Positions 10,136-20,663 of a stretch of DNA of 64,000 nucleotides are shown here, piece by piece. This DNA comes from Patescibacteria group bacterium. Lineage in GTDB: Bacteria; Patescibacteriota; Microgenomatia; UBA10105; UBA927. Below the pieces are notes generated by a model, which was not told where the DNA came from, searched no databases, and saw nothing but the letters and a program-made list of their open reading frames with translations. The position numbers were made by a program, and so were the translations under genes. The stretch lies in contig JAHJMO010000026.1 of NCBI GenBank assembly GCA_018821245.1, positions 15,518 to 79,517 of the forward strand, written 5' to 3'. Each line of letters starts with the position of its first letter. Position 1 is the stretch's first letter.

Positions 10136-11749
10136 TTATTTACACAACGAGAGCAACACTTCTTTGATATAAGGATCCCTCTTTTGATAAATAGTGATTG
10201 TGGGATGATCGAATACGCGAAACGTTTCCTCGCTTGCGGTGTCGGAGATCACAATCGGACCTAAGTGGGGGACGGATGAAAATTGGGCTACCCTGTCAAA
10301 TCCGATGGCTCCCGAACCCAGATGGCGGTAAAAGCAGCTTGCATAAGGATAAAGGTTAGAAAGCCGCATGACAGACTGCTCCACCTTATCGCTCTCTATA
10401 ATAACGTAGTCAGCCAGCTCCAGGTTTTCGATAAGACGGTTACGTTTATCGGCATCATCGGGAAGCGTGTAGAAGTTGAAAAGACTTCTTTGGTATGGAA
10501 CGGATGACAGCGGCGGCATATCATAACGTATGATTTCATTCCATTCTTCAGACAAAATGCGTGAGCCGGGCTCTACATGCTCCATGAGCCATTGGGAAGC
10601 AAGAACTGCAGAATGCTGTTTTTGATATATAGAAGAAAATACCAACGCCCAAAGCATTGTGGCAATCAGCGCACAAGCAGTCAACGTGTTTCCTATCCAA
10701 GCCCGGGAACGTCTTGCGGTGCTTATGAGTCCTGCTCCAAAGATCGAAAAAAGTGGACCAACTGGCGCAAGATACCGGATGAACTTGACATATTGCATGG
10801 AGAGAAGCGCAAGAAACGCAATGCACCATATAGCCAGAATAACCAACAGTGCAGGTGACTTTTTATGATGAACAAGAGTCTGAATCATGCCTATACTCGC
10901 AAGTACCGGAACAGCAGGACCGAAGGCAAAAAATACGTTGCGGACCCAAAACAATGCGTTCGTCTGTTGGAATTGCATAGTCCAGTCAAAGACGAGTTTG
11001 CCGCTTACGACGTCGGAAAGATATCGAAAACGGCTGAGATACCCGGGCCAATCGATAAACGAGTACGGTGAAAGAACAAAAAACGTAGTTATACAAAATA
11101 GAGCAGTGATTGTTAAATGAAGAAATCGTTTTTTTTCTGATTTTTTTTTGGTAATAATTGCAAAAGCAGGAATTCCAAGAAACAGATACCCTGTATTTTT
11201 TGTAGCCAAACCGCATCCCGCAGCAATACCCATAAGTAGTCCACCAAGACGCGATGGTTTACGAAAAAATCTTACAGCAGAGAGGCACAACAGAAGCAGA
11301 AAAAACACAAGGAATGTGTCCGTTGTATACATGTGGGCCAGTTGGATATGAAGAGGAAGAAAAGCAAAAAACAAAGCAGAGAGCATTGCGCCTTGGGCTC
11401 CGAACAGACTTTTCCCTAAAAGATAGACTAGGAAAATAGAAATGCTCGCGAACGTAGCGCTTGAGAATCTGCCGACGCGTGTCATGTCAGCCGGAACAGT
11501 TACAAATGCGGAATTGTTTGTGATACGCGCGGCGCATTCGGCCGCCGCACGGAGAGCGTATACAGTAAGTCCGTTGTAATCATGAAATCCGGGGTTCAGT
11601 TGGTTAGGGAAGCGAATAGTCAGTGCGCGATTCACGATAAGCGCTTCATCAGGATGAATATTGCGGCCACCGTCCCATCGAAGATTTTGAAATCTCAAAA
11701 GCATTCCAATGAGTATAAAGAAGAGGAAGGTTATCCTTTTTGCTTTCAT
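10136..11749 (-). CDS. GT-C fold membrane glycosyltransferase (ArnT/PMT-like, GT39/GT83 family)
   Basis: N-terminal TM followed by the first-loop motif HPDE (GGRNIHPDEALI), about 12 TM helices, C-terminal soluble domain; typical ArnT/PMT architecture. ATG at 11749 preferred. Confidence 0.7.
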   Translation of the reverse strand: MKAKRITFLFFILIGMLLRFQNLRWDGGRNIHPDEALIVNRALTIRFPNQLNPGFHDYNGLTVYALRAAAECAARITNNSAFVTVPADMTRVGRFSSATFASISIFLVYLLGKSLFGAQGAMLSALFFAFLPLHIQLAHMYTTDTFLVFFLLLLCLSAVRFFRKPSRLGGLLMGIAAGCGLATKNTGYLFLGIPAFAIITKKKSEKKRFLHLTITALFCITTFFVLSPYSFIDWPGYLSRFRYLSDVVSGKLVFDWTMQFQQTNALFWVRNVFFAFGPAVPVLASIGMIQTLVHHKKSPALLVILAIWCIAFLALLSMQYVKFIRYLAPVGPLFSIFGAGLISTARRSRAWIGNTLTACALIATMLWALVFSSIYQKQHSAVLASQWLMEHVEPGSRILSEEWNEIIRYDMPPLSSVPYQRSLFNFYTLPDDADKRNRLIENLELADYVIIESDKVEQSVMRLSNLYPYASCFYRHLGSGAIGFDRVAQFSSVPHLGPIVISDTASEETFRVFDHPTITIYQKRDPYIKEVLLSLCK

Positions 11750-11970
11750 CACCTTTTGTATTGTACCAAAAGTGTGCTCTAGCAATGTGATGGAATAGTA
11801 TGGTATACTTCTGCCTGGCCCTGAAAGAATAAGGGTGACCTAGGAAAGAAGTGTGGAATAGCCGCGCTGAAAAAGTGCGAGCTTAACGTCCCTGTGAGAT
11901 CAGAAGGTATCTTCTTGAACTCTCTTTAGGCGATGTCCCCTTTAAGTCCTAAGGAGAAAGGAGTCCCAAT

Positions 11971-12249
11971 ATGGCAAATTTATTTATAGGGAATCTTCCC
12001 TATAACATGACAAGTGACCAGATGGGGCAATTATTTGCTCAAGCTGGTACAGTCGTGTCCGCAAAAGTGATCAGCGACAAATATTCAGGCCGTTCACGCG
12101 GTTTTGGTTTTGTCGAAATGTCAAACGATGAAGAGTCAAAGAAAGCTATTGAGATGTTCAACGGGAAAGACGTAGAAGGCAGAGCACTAGTGGTAAACGA
12201 AGCAAGACCAAGAGAAGATCGACCGAGGGAAGATAGACCGAGAAGATAA
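11971..12249 (+). CDS. RRM-domain RNA-binding protein
   Basis: RNP-2 LFIGNL and RNP-1 RGFGFVEM; C-terminal REDRP repeats; strong SD AAGGAGAAAGGAG. Confidence 0.85.
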   Translation: MANLFIGNLPYNMTSDQMGQLFAQAGTVVSAKVISDKYSGRSRGFGFVEMSNDEESKKAIEMFNGKDVEGRALVVNEARPREDRPREDRPRR

Positions 12250-12310
12250 TATAGTATAGATAAGTTTGGTAATAGATAAATTACGTAGTTACTTGGTTGG
12301 TAAATACTAC

Positions 12311-12340
12311 AGCCCCGCCATCGGCGGGGCTGTTTGTGAT
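12311..12340 (+). terminator. Intrinsic terminator after the RRM gene
   Basis: AGCCCCGCC-ATCG-GCGGGGCT hairpin followed by GTTTGTG. Confidence 0.6.
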
Positions 12341-12370
12341 GTCGCGATCAATTTGCTACCATAAGCCCGT

Positions 12371-12841
12371 ATGTTTCACAGCCCCAGCTTCGGACCGCTT
12401 ACGTTGGCAGAGGTGCGGGAGAAAATTTTGTCATTTCTTGCTAAGGATCCGGAGCGGAAATACCGTCTTGTTGTCGGAACAGACTCGCAACCCCGCAACG
12501 GAGCAGGAGTAGATTTTGTCACGGCGATCGTCGTTCATCGCGTCGGAACAGGAGGAATTTATTTTTGGAAGCGGGTCGTGAACAAAAAGGTATATGTTCT
12601 GCGGCAGAGGATGTACGAAGAAGCGATGGCGTCTTTGACTATGGCGGAGGAGGTGTTGGCCCTTTTGCATCAGGACGGCGTGACGAAATATGACGTAGAG
12701 ATTCATGTGGATATCGGCCAGTTTGGAGAGACGCGGGATATGATTGCAGAAATAGTCGGCATGGTGCGCGGAAGCGGGTACAGTGTGAAGATTAAACCGG
12801 AAAGTTATGCGGCAAGCTCCATAGCGGATAGGCACACGTAG
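12371..12841 (+). CDS. DUF458/YkuK-like RNase H-fold protein
   Basis: VVGTDSQ motif near the N-terminus characteristic of DUF458 (YkuK) proteins; 156 aa. Confidence 0.45.
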   Translation: MFHSPSFGPLTLAEVREKILSFLAKDPERKYRLVVGTDSQPRNGAGVDFVTAIVVHRVGTGGIYFWKRVVNKKVYVLRQRMYEEAMASLTMAEEVLALLHQDGVTKYDVEIHVDIGQFGETRDMIAEIVGMVRGSGYSVKIKPESYAASSIADRHT

Positions 12842-12896
12842 TAAAAGTCAAATGTCAAAGGTTAAAAGTCAAATATTGCCGCGAAACAGAGGGCAG

Positions 12897-14855
12897 TCAT
12901 TCTTGTGATTCAGCAGGTGTGGGTGAAGGAACAGGAAAAACTGCGCATCGGCCGTTTTTCGGTTCTGTGCCTCGGATAAAGTACTCCGTACGTCCAAAGT
13001 AGCACGGTATTGCGACGACACCGGACGGCTTGGGAAGTACTTCATCTTCTTTATCTTTGAGAAGTTCAATCATAATATCGTGCCAAATCGGAGAAGCCCC
13101 GGTAATACCTGATGTAAGATACGGATCCATTGGCGCGTTGTTGTTGTTTCCGACCCATACAACCACCACGTAAGAGGGGGCGTATCCGATGGTCCAATTA
13201 TCTCGTTTGTCATTGCTTGTGCCGGTTTTGACGGAGACGGTATGTCCGGGGATAACGAGTGATGATCCTCTCCCGAATGCTGCGGCACGTGCGTCGTTGT
13301 CGCTTAAGATGTTCCCCAATATCCACGCTACTTCCGGTGTTACGGCCTGTACTCCTTTCTTTGGCGTGTGGTGTTCAAGGATGTGTCCTGTATAGTCTGT
13401 AACTTCCAAAATAGGTATGAGTTTTCCTCTGCGCCCGCCGTTGGCCAGTGTTCCGTAGACTTTTGCCATATCAAGCATGGTAACGTCCCCCCCTCCCAGT
13501 GTGAGAGAGAGTCCGTAGCGGCTTTCATCCTGCCATGAGGTAATTCCCATGAGTCTGCCTTTGTTTATCATTGTTTGGACACCAATTTTTGAAAGAACTT
13601 TTACTGCAGGAACGTTATAAGAATTTGCAAGTGCGTATCGAAGCGGTGTTGGTCCGTGAAATTTACCGTCATAATTTACCGGTGCGTACGGTTTGCTTCC
13701 CGGAACCGTATAGACAACCGGAGAATCGTCTATGATTGTTGCGGCAGTAAACCCGTTTTCCAGAGCTGCTGCATAGTTAACCACCTTAATCGATGATCCG
13801 GGTTGACGCAGGCTTGTTGCGACATTAACATTGCCTTCGTCTTCAAGGTTGAAGTAGTCTTTGCTGCCTACCATAGAGAGAATTTCTCCGGTTTTCGGAT
13901 TGGTCACAAGCGCAGCTCCGTTGCCGACGCGAAGCGCGGCGAGAGATTCAATCTGTGACCTGATGATATCTTCTACTTTTTCCTGAAGTGTGATATCAAG
14001 GGACGTTACGATGCGTAACCCCCCCCGCTCTACAAGCCGCGGTCCGTATGTTGCCTCTAGAATTTCTTTGACAAACATGACAAAATGTGGAGCCCGGATA
14101 GGGATTCGGGGAGTGGCAAAGCGCATCTGCTCAGATAGCGCTTTCTCCTCGTCTCCATTTCCGATATATCCATATTCTGTCATAAGGCGTAATACCTCAG
14201 CCTGTCTGGCAAATGCTTTTTCGGGATGGTTGCCGAACGGAGAATATTCGCTTGGTGCCGCCGGAAGACCAGCCAAAAGCGCGCTTTCACTAAGTGTTAG
14301 TTCTTTTACGGATTTGCCAAAATACATTTGGCTTGCAGCTTCTATACCCCAAGCGGTGCCGCCATAGGGGACTTGATTAAAATACATTTCAAGAATCTGA
14401 TCTTTGCTGTATATCCGTTCTGCCCAGAATGCAAGGAAAATCTCTTTGAGTTTGCGTCGTATACTTAACTCCGGCGTTAATAGGGCGGACCGTATAAGTT
14501 GCTGGGTGATGGTGGATCCGCCTTGGATTTGTTTGTTTACGACAGTCTCTTTTAACGCTCTGAGGATTCCGCGGCCGGAAAAGCCGAGATGACGGTAGAA
14601 ATCGTGATCTTCAATGGCGATTGTGGCGTTGATAACGGTTTGGGGTATCTCCGAAAGCGTGAGAGGCGTTCTATTTTGATCGGCATAAATTTCATATAAT
14701 AGAATTCCGTTACGGTCAAAGATTTTTGTAGACACCTCAAGATCGCGGCTGGTGAGTAAATGAGGATCCGGGAGAGACTTAAGCATTTGATATCCCTGAT
14801 ACGGAATAAAAAAGAATAAAACGGTTACTGCTACACCAAACAAGAAAGACCGCAT
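12897..14855 (-). CDS. Class A penicillin-binding protein (bifunctional transglycosylase/transpeptidase), copy 1
   Basis: GT51 motifs EDHDFYRHLG, GGSTITQQL, RKxxE; transpeptidase SSIK (SxxK), SYN-like and KTGT. Start moved to the ATG preceding the single TM helix (MRSFLFGVAV...). Confidence 0.9.
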   Translation of the reverse strand: MRSFLFGVAVTVLFFFIPYQGYQMLKSLPDPHLLTSRDLEVSTKIFDRNGILLYEIYADQNRTPLTLSEIPQTVINATIAIEDHDFYRHLGFSGRGILRALKETVVNKQIQGGSTITQQLIRSALLTPELSIRRKLKEIFLAFWAERIYSKDQILEMYFNQVPYGGTAWGIEAASQMYFGKSVKELTLSESALLAGLPAAPSEYSPFGNHPEKAFARQAEVLRLMTEYGYIGNGDEEKALSEQMRFATPRIPIRAPHFVMFVKEILEATYGPRLVERGGLRIVTSLDITLQEKVEDIIRSQIESLAALRVGNGAALVTNPKTGEILSMVGSKDYFNLEDEGNVNVATSLRQPGSSIKVVNYAAALENGFTAATIIDDSPVVYTVPGSKPYAPVNYDGKFHGPTPLRYALANSYNVPAVKVLSKIGVQTMINKGRLMGITSWQDESRYGLSLTLGGGDVTMLDMAKVYGTLANGGRRGKLIPILEVTDYTGHILEHHTPKKGVQAVTPEVAWILGNILSDNDARAAAFGRGSSLVIPGHTVSVKTGTSNDKRDNWTIGYAPSYVVVVWVGNNNNAPMDPYLTSGITGASPIWHDIMIELLKDKEDEVLPKPSGVVAIPCYFGRTEYFIRGTEPKNGRCAVFPVPSPTPAESQE

Positions 14856-15227
14856 GTCGTGGAAAAACGAAGGGAATGCAATAGGGTGCCGCGGTAGAGG
14901 AAACGATGGAAGCCTGATGGCCACCCGCCGAAGTTTAGGAATCCTGATGTGGGGCCTTGTTGACAAACACATGCGACGTATATCATTCCATCCTTTCCTA
15001 AACGTACGTACTACAAGGCCAGCAAAAATTAAAACCATTCGGATTACGAAACGGAAGATATGTCTAACGAAGTCACCGATTTTAATACAAACAATTACCG
15101 GCCACCAATGAAATAACGATGGCGAAGTCGTATTTTTCAAGCCTTTTTGTTTCGGATTGTTGCGGCGCGCCATAGTGGGTGAGTTATAGCACAAACGATA
15201 AGAGAAGAGCAAGAAGCTGTTAATGCA

Positions 15228-17435
15228 TCACCTGACGAGTATAGTTTGGTTTTCCTGGTGCGCGCAGTCAAGGCACCATATGGATATGAGGTCTCGCAGA
15301 ACCTGATGTTCCTGCATCTCAAGATTATCTGTTTGTCCTGGTCGGGCAAGATCGCCGGTTGATTTGTCTATAACCACCGGCTGTGAAAGACGTTCCCGCT
15401 CCGAAGGCACAGTTCCTCTGATAAAATATTCAAAGCGGGTTTCGCATCCTTTATCCTCACCCTCCGGCGGAAGGAGCCCCGAGACGGTACAGATTTGAGC
15501 GCCGACAATGCCATCCGGAATCTTTGGCCAAATATCCGGTTTATCATCAAGTACCTTGCGCATAATGCTGTTCCAAATCGGAGCTGCTCCTGTAACGCCG
15601 GATACCAAAGATTGATTCATCGGGGTATTGTCATTGTTTCCAACCCATGTGACAACAAGGCGTTGCGGCGTATAGCCTATGGTCCAGTTGTCCCGCAGGT
15701 CATCTGTCGTGCCGGTCTTGACAGATACCGCTCGCCCCGGAATTACCAATGACGAATGTGGACCGAAAGCATCCTGCCGTGCGTTATTATCCAAAAGGAT
15801 ATGTGAGATAAGATACGCTGTTTCCGGAGAAATGACGCGGGTTCCGGATAAAAGAAGTTGCGAAGGCACGTCTTTGTTAAGGTTGGGATCTTTATATTCT
15901 TCCAGGATTTTTCCGACTTTGTCTTCGACTTTTAGGATCGCATGGAGTTCTTTATGGATTCCGGCATTTGCAAAAACACCGAAAGCCTGCGCCATATCTG
16001 TCATACGCACTTCTCCTGCGCCTAAGGTAAGAGAAAGCCCATAATGCTTCGGATCTTTTAACGTAGTGAGTCCGAAGGCGCTTGCGGATGCGACCATATC
16101 GCTTACTGTATTAAGATACAGCATTTTGACTGCCGGGATATTATATGAGTTTCCCAAAGCAAGCCTGAGTTGTACCGGCCCATGGAATTTGCCGTCGTAG
16201 TTATGCGGGCAGTAATTTGGCTGGTTGATGTTGGCAAAACATGTGGGGATATCCAGAAACATGGTGGCAGGGGTTACGATTTTTTTCTCCAGCCCTATGG
16301 CGTAATTGATGGGTTTGATGGAAGAACCGGGTTGTCGAAGCGCTGTCGTCACATTGAAGCTTCCTGAAGGAGATGCAAAATAGTCAACAGACCCAACCAT
16401 TGCAAGTATTTCTCCTGTTGCCGGATTAGTGACAAGTGTTGCTCCATTGGTAACGCGCATTCTGGAGAGTTTGTTGACTTCTGCCGAAACAGTCGCTTGA
16501 GCGTACTTCTGGAGATTAAGATCCAGAGTGGTGGTGACTTTAAGCCCGCCGAGCTCGACCAGACGTTCGCCGTAGGTATTCACCAGCTGTTCCTTGACAT
16601 GCATCACAAAATGCGGCGCTTGTATACCGACTGCCGGGCGAAATATAAGTTCTTCTTGTTTGGCGGCTTCCGACTGCCCCTTTGTTATATATTGATCTTC
16701 CGTCATGCGCAGAAGCACTTCTTCCTGCCGGGTTTTCGCAAGTTCAGGATGAGCGCCGTATGGTGAGTAAAGCGTTGGAGCTTGTGGAAGACCGGCCAAA
16801 AGTGCGCTTTCGGCAAGTGTCAGCTCTTTGACGTGTTTGCCGAAATACGTTTCGGCGGCTGTTTCAATGCCCCATGCGGTCCCTCCGTATGGAACTTGAT
16901 TCAAATACATTTCAAGTATTTTTTCTTTGGAATAGAGCATTTCCACCCAGAAGGCTAAGATTATCTCTTTTATTTTTCTTGTGAGCGTGCGCTCCGGGGT
17001 GAGGAGCGCCGACTTGACAAGTTGTTGCGTAATAGTAGATCCCCCTTGGAGTTTATGTTTGGCGATGGTGGCCGCCGCTGCCCGCAAAATCCCCCCCACA
17101 GGATTGATGCCGCGGTGTTGATAGAAATTTTTGTCTTCAATGGCTATGGTTGCAACTTGCACATATTTCGGTATCTCCGAAAGAGGAACAGTCGTGCGGT
17201 TTTGTTCGGCAAAAATATCAAAAAGGAGTTCTCCGTTTCGGTCATAAATTTTGGTAGCCAATGGTATATCATAGGAGGAGAGTTTCCTGGGCGACGGTAA
17301 ATCTTTGATGACGAAAACATACGAACTTATTATTATTCCGGCCGGCAAAAGCCAGAAAGCAAACTGCCGTTTTTTCCAAAAGGGTGTAGCCAGTTTTGAA
17401 AGAAATGTTCTGATAGCCGGTAACATGACATTCAT
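15228..17435 (-). CDS. Class A penicillin-binding protein, copy 2 (tandem paralog)
   Basis: EDKNFYQHRG, GGSTITQQL, RQPGSSIKP, KTGTTDD; same domain order as the downstream paralog. ATG at 17435 precedes the TM helix. Confidence 0.9.
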   Translation of the reverse strand: MNVMLPAIRTFLSKLATPFWKKRQFAFWLLPAGIIISSYVFVIKDLPSPRKLSSYDIPLATKIYDRNGELLFDIFAEQNRTTVPLSEIPKYVQVATIAIEDKNFYQHRGINPVGGILRAAAATIAKHKLQGGSTITQQLVKSALLTPERTLTRKIKEIILAFWVEMLYSKEKILEMYLNQVPYGGTAWGIETAAETYFGKHVKELTLAESALLAGLPQAPTLYSPYGAHPELAKTRQEEVLLRMTEDQYITKGQSEAAKQEELIFRPAVGIQAPHFVMHVKEQLVNTYGERLVELGGLKVTTTLDLNLQKYAQATVSAEVNKLSRMRVTNGATLVTNPATGEILAMVGSVDYFASPSGSFNVTTALRQPGSSIKPINYAIGLEKKIVTPATMFLDIPTCFANINQPNYCPHNYDGKFHGPVQLRLALGNSYNIPAVKMLYLNTVSDMVASASAFGLTTLKDPKHYGLSLTLGAGEVRMTDMAQAFGVFANAGIHKELHAILKVEDKVGKILEEYKDPNLNKDVPSQLLLSGTRVISPETAYLISHILLDNNARQDAFGPHSSLVIPGRAVSVKTGTTDDLRDNWTIGYTPQRLVVTWVGNNDNTPMNQSLVSGVTGAAPIWNSIMRKVLDDKPDIWPKIPDGIVGAQICTVSGLLPPEGEDKGCETRFEYFIRGTVPSERERLSQPVVIDKSTGDLARPGQTDNLEMQEHQVLRDLISIWCLDCAHQENQTILVR

Positions 17436-17497
17436 TATATAATACGTGACAGAAGAAAGGATATTGAGCGCCGGTTTATGCAGGCAATACGGATGCC

Positions 17498-18268
17498 ATG
17501 ACGATAGCAGATCCACGTATTCAGAAACGCAGCCAACCCAAAGAAACTGTTATTTTTGCCGCAGGACAGCTTCAGGGACAGCGAGATCTTCAGGAGGACC
17601 GGTTCCTCAATTTCAGCGATGAGTGTTTCGTCATAGCAGATGGGGTAGGAGGGATGCCGCATGGGGAGGTTGCGGCAACTATCGCCTGTGAGACAGCCAT
17701 CTGGGGGTATAAGCATATTCGGCAACGGCGTTGCTATTGGTTGAACAAAAAGCAGTTTATGCATAGGATTTTCCGTTCGACAAATTTGGCTGTCTGGCAG
17801 AAACACCGGGAAACAGGATTTGGAGACGGACTAGCCTCTACTCTTCTTGTGCTGATTGTCGGCGCAGAGACTCTGTGGATAGGTTCAGCGGGCGACAGCA
17901 ATGCATTTTTCTTTCGTAACGGCATGGTTCAGAAGCTCACTCATGAGGATGTTGATGCAGTTGGAAATCTTACAAAGGCACTGGGATTGAAGCGTTTGGG
18001 GCTCATGCCGCAGTTTATCAGGGAAGATTTTTTTGTACATGATGTCATTCTTTTGGCAACCGATGGAGTTTCTGATTATGTTACGACAAACGATTTGATG
18101 ATGATTATGTCCTCGGCAGGTTCAACGGCGGAAACTGTCAAAAGCGCAGTTGACTCTCTCATTCAGATTGCCGAGGAAAACGGTAGCAAAGACAATATGA
18201 CGGCTTGTTTGATCAAGCGGGCGTCCGTTGTGGGGCAATCTGTATTATCTTCGGATTCCATGATATAG
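17498..18268 (+). CDS. PP2C-family Ser/Thr protein phosphatase
   Basis: ADGVGG, GDSNAFF and ATDGVSD metal-binding Asp motifs of PPM phosphatases; divergent from the PBP pair. Confidence 0.8.
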   Translation: MTIADPRIQKRSQPKETVIFAAGQLQGQRDLQEDRFLNFSDECFVIADGVGGMPHGEVAATIACETAIWGYKHIRQRRCYWLNKKQFMHRIFRSTNLAVWQKHRETGFGDGLASTLLVLIVGAETLWIGSAGDSNAFFFRNGMVQKLTHEDVDAVGNLTKALGLKRLGLMPQFIREDFFVHDVILLATDGVSDYVTTNDLMMIMSSAGSTAETVKSAVDSLIQIAEENGSKDNMTACLIKRASVVGQSVLSSDSMI

Positions 18269-18307
18269 TAAAAAAGAATACAGAGTTTACGCGCTTTATA
18301 CTATAAT

Positions 18308-19792
18308 ATGCCTGCCGAATTTTTTAGCGAAATAAGCAATCACGCAACCCCTCCGACCTACAGGTTTTTTGACGGAGCGGGCTGGAAGGAAAGCACAAGT
18401 GCCGCGACGAGCGACGTTACCTCGCCGATACAAGGGGAAATTCTCGGACGGCTTCAGGTGGTGACTCACCAGGAGATAGACCAAGCGCTGGCAAACGCTC
18501 AAAAAGCACAGCCACAGTGGGAATCTACGCCATTACACCAGCGCGTCAAAATCATGCACCTATCGGCTGATTGGATTCGCCATTTTCGCGGATATCTCGC
18601 TTCGCTTCTTATTAAAGAAATTGGCAAGACAGATCTGGAAGCACAAGGAGAAATCGACAGGACGGCAGATCTTATTGACTATTTTGCCGATGAGGTTCAG
18701 TCGATCAGGGGGGAAACGTTGGATAGCGATAATTTTCCCGGTTTCGACAAAGGACGTTTGGCGATGATTGAGCGCGTGGCTTATGGAGTGGTCGTCGCTA
18801 TCGCACCATTTAACTATCCGGTTAACCTGGCGGCAAGTAAAATTGTTCCAGCACTTCTTATGGGTAACAGCGTCGTGTTTAAGCCGCCGACACAAGGAGG
18901 GATCAGCGGAGTGCATTTGACGCGGTTGTTTGAAAAAGCCGGGGTACCGCAGGGCGTGCTTTCTTGTATTACCGGCGGCGGAGGAGACATTGGGGACTAT
19001 CTCGTGGGTCACAGTGGTGTTGATATGTTGGCGTTTACGGGCGGCAGCGATACCGGAGTCCATATCGCAAAACAAGCAGGTATGGTACCGATGCTTTTTG
19101 AATGCGGAGGAAATAATCCGGCGGTTGTCTTACCTGATGCGGATCTGGCATTAGCCGCAAGAGAGATAGTTAGAGGTGCTTTCAGTTATTCCGGCCAACG
19201 TTGTACGGCAATTAAATATGTGCTAACTACAGAAAGTATTTTGAATCAATTATTGCCGCAGGTATTAAATAATATAAAAGAAATGGTGCGGATGGGCGAT
19301 CCTAGGAGTCCTGAAACTAAATTAGTCGGGCCGGTAATCTCTCCTAGTGCCGCGGAAAAAATTTTGCAGGCGATAAGCGAGTCAGTCGGTTTGGGTGCAA
19401 AAATAGAAATAGGAGGTAAGCGAAAAGACGCGCTTGTTGAACCGACAGTCTTAACACATGTTAAATCTCAGATGCCGGTAGTGGCGCATGAAATTTTCGG
19501 ACCGCTGGTTTCTTTTATTCAAGTCGCAAGTTTTGATGAGGCTTCCGAGATTATCAATAGCTCCAATTACGGCTTACAAGCCAGTATATTTACTCGCGAT
19601 GAGGGGACCGGTATTAATTTTGCCAAAAATCTCAAAGTCGGTTCGGTGCAGATAAACGGTTCGCCCCAGCGGGGACCCGATCATTTTCCGTTTTTAGGCG
19701 TCAAGCATTCCGGCGTGGGCGTCCAGGGTGTGCGGTATTCGTTGGAAGCCATGAGCAGGTTGAAGCCGGTGGTCCTCAATAAGCCGCAGTGA
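18308..19792 (+). CDS. Aldehyde dehydrogenase (non-phosphorylating GAPDH/GapN-like)
   Basis: ALDH motifs: FTGGSDTG, FECGGNNP (catalytic Glu region), GQRCTA (catalytic Cys); about 494 aa. Confidence 0.85.
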   Translation: MPAEFFSEISNHATPPTYRFFDGAGWKESTSAATSDVTSPIQGEILGRLQVVTHQEIDQALANAQKAQPQWESTPLHQRVKIMHLSADWIRHFRGYLASLLIKEIGKTDLEAQGEIDRTADLIDYFADEVQSIRGETLDSDNFPGFDKGRLAMIERVAYGVVVAIAPFNYPVNLAASKIVPALLMGNSVVFKPPTQGGISGVHLTRLFEKAGVPQGVLSCITGGGGDIGDYLVGHSGVDMLAFTGGSDTGVHIAKQAGMVPMLFECGGNNPAVVLPDADLALAAREIVRGAFSYSGQRCTAIKYVLTTESILNQLLPQVLNNIKEMVRMGDPRSPETKLVGPVISPSAAEKILQAISESVGLGAKIEIGGKRKDALVEPTVLTHVKSQMPVVAHEIFGPLVSFIQVASFDEASEIINSSNYGLQASIFTRDEGTGINFAKNLKVGSVQINGSPQRGPDHFPFLGVKHSGVGVQGVRYSLEAMSRLKPVVLNKPQ

Positions 19793-19800
19793 GTGTTATG

Positions 19801-20469
19801 TTACGCTTTAAAAATATCGGATTGTAGTTTTTTCGCTTCTTCCAAAAAGAATTTTTCCATTTCATGTCTGTCAAAAGGCACAATCATTCTCGGGATGTCT
19901 TTCAAAACTACGACTTGAGTAAACGTTTGTCCAAGCTGAATCGGATCGATGTGCCAATCGATTTTCGCTTTAGCCAGCGAGATCATCTTTTTTAAGTCAA
20001 AATCTTTGTCTTTCATGATAAAAAAGAGATCAACAAAGTCTCTGTCTCTGGCGTGGGTATAGATCGTATGGATTTTATTTGCCGTGATATCTTCCAGGCT
20101 GTCTATTTCCAACCCTTTCCATGTGCCGCCTTTCTGTATGCGGGGAAAAGGATAATAATTGAAATCAACTTTCAACTGGACATGAGGAAGTTGAAAGACA
20201 TATGAATACAGTCCTAAATACCGTTTAAATGCAATTTCTTTTGCGCCTAATTTTTTTCCGGCAAGCGCGACAAATTTATTGATGCTTGCTATATGAATTT
20301 CCTGATGTTCCGAAAAAAGATCGATATCTTCGGATTCTCTATGGTGGAGATAAAATTCCGAAAGGACCGTACCGCCCGTCCAATAAAACCGCTTTCGGAT
20401 GTACGGTTCGTTTACGACAAGTTCCAAAAATTTCTTATGATGTCTTTTGAGGATGGAGTTTTTCCCCAT
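19801..20469 (-). CDS. AbiEii/AbiGii-like nucleotidyltransferase toxin (type IV TA/abortive-infection family)
   Basis: FYWTGGTVLSEFYLHHRESEDIDLFS matches the DUF1814/AbiEii hallmark (GGTAL ... RxSxDxD); AT-rich (about 36% GC) unlike neighbouring guaA. Confidence 0.55.
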   Translation of the reverse strand: MGKNSILKRHHKKFLELVVNEPYIRKRFYWTGGTVLSEFYLHHRESEDIDLFSEHQEIHIASINKFVALAGKKLGAKEIAFKRYLGLYSYVFQLPHVQLKVDFNYYPFPRIQKGGTWKGLEIDSLEDITANKIHTIYTHARDRDFVDLFFIMKDKDFDLKKMISLAKAKIDWHIDPIQLGQTFTQVVVLKDIPRMIVPFDRHEMEKFFLEEAKKLQSDIFKA

Positions 20470-20663
20470 AATACATACGTTAAGTACGCTCGTGCATTTG
20501 GATCAAGCCGATCTTTTATTTTCGGCCAGGCTTTAATGAGCTTCTGTTTTTCTAATTTTTCATGCCCCAGACCATAATTTATAAGCTGAGTCATTTTCCA
20601 CAACTCGTATTCTTTGGGGTTTTCTTTCTTAAACTTTTTTTCATCTACCGACCAGTTATACAT
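20412..20663 (-). CDS. Small ORF overlapping the AbiEii-like gene start (possible partner/antitoxin fragment)
   Basis: 83-aa ORF with ATG at 20663 overlaps the downstream toxin-like gene by 58 nt in another frame. Too short for a canonical AbiEi antitoxin, so it may be a remnant. Confidence 0.3.
   Translation of the reverse strand: MYNWSVDEKKFKKENPKEYELWKMTQLINYGLGHEKLEKQKLIKAWPKIKDRLDPNARAYLTYVLWGKTPSSKDIIRNFWNLS

Noticed and set aside
12848-12882. Direct repeat TAAAAGTCAAAT x2 between convergent DUF458 and PBP genes
   Set aside because: Only two copies, AT-rich spacer, no associated structure or ORF; most likely chance or trivial duplication.
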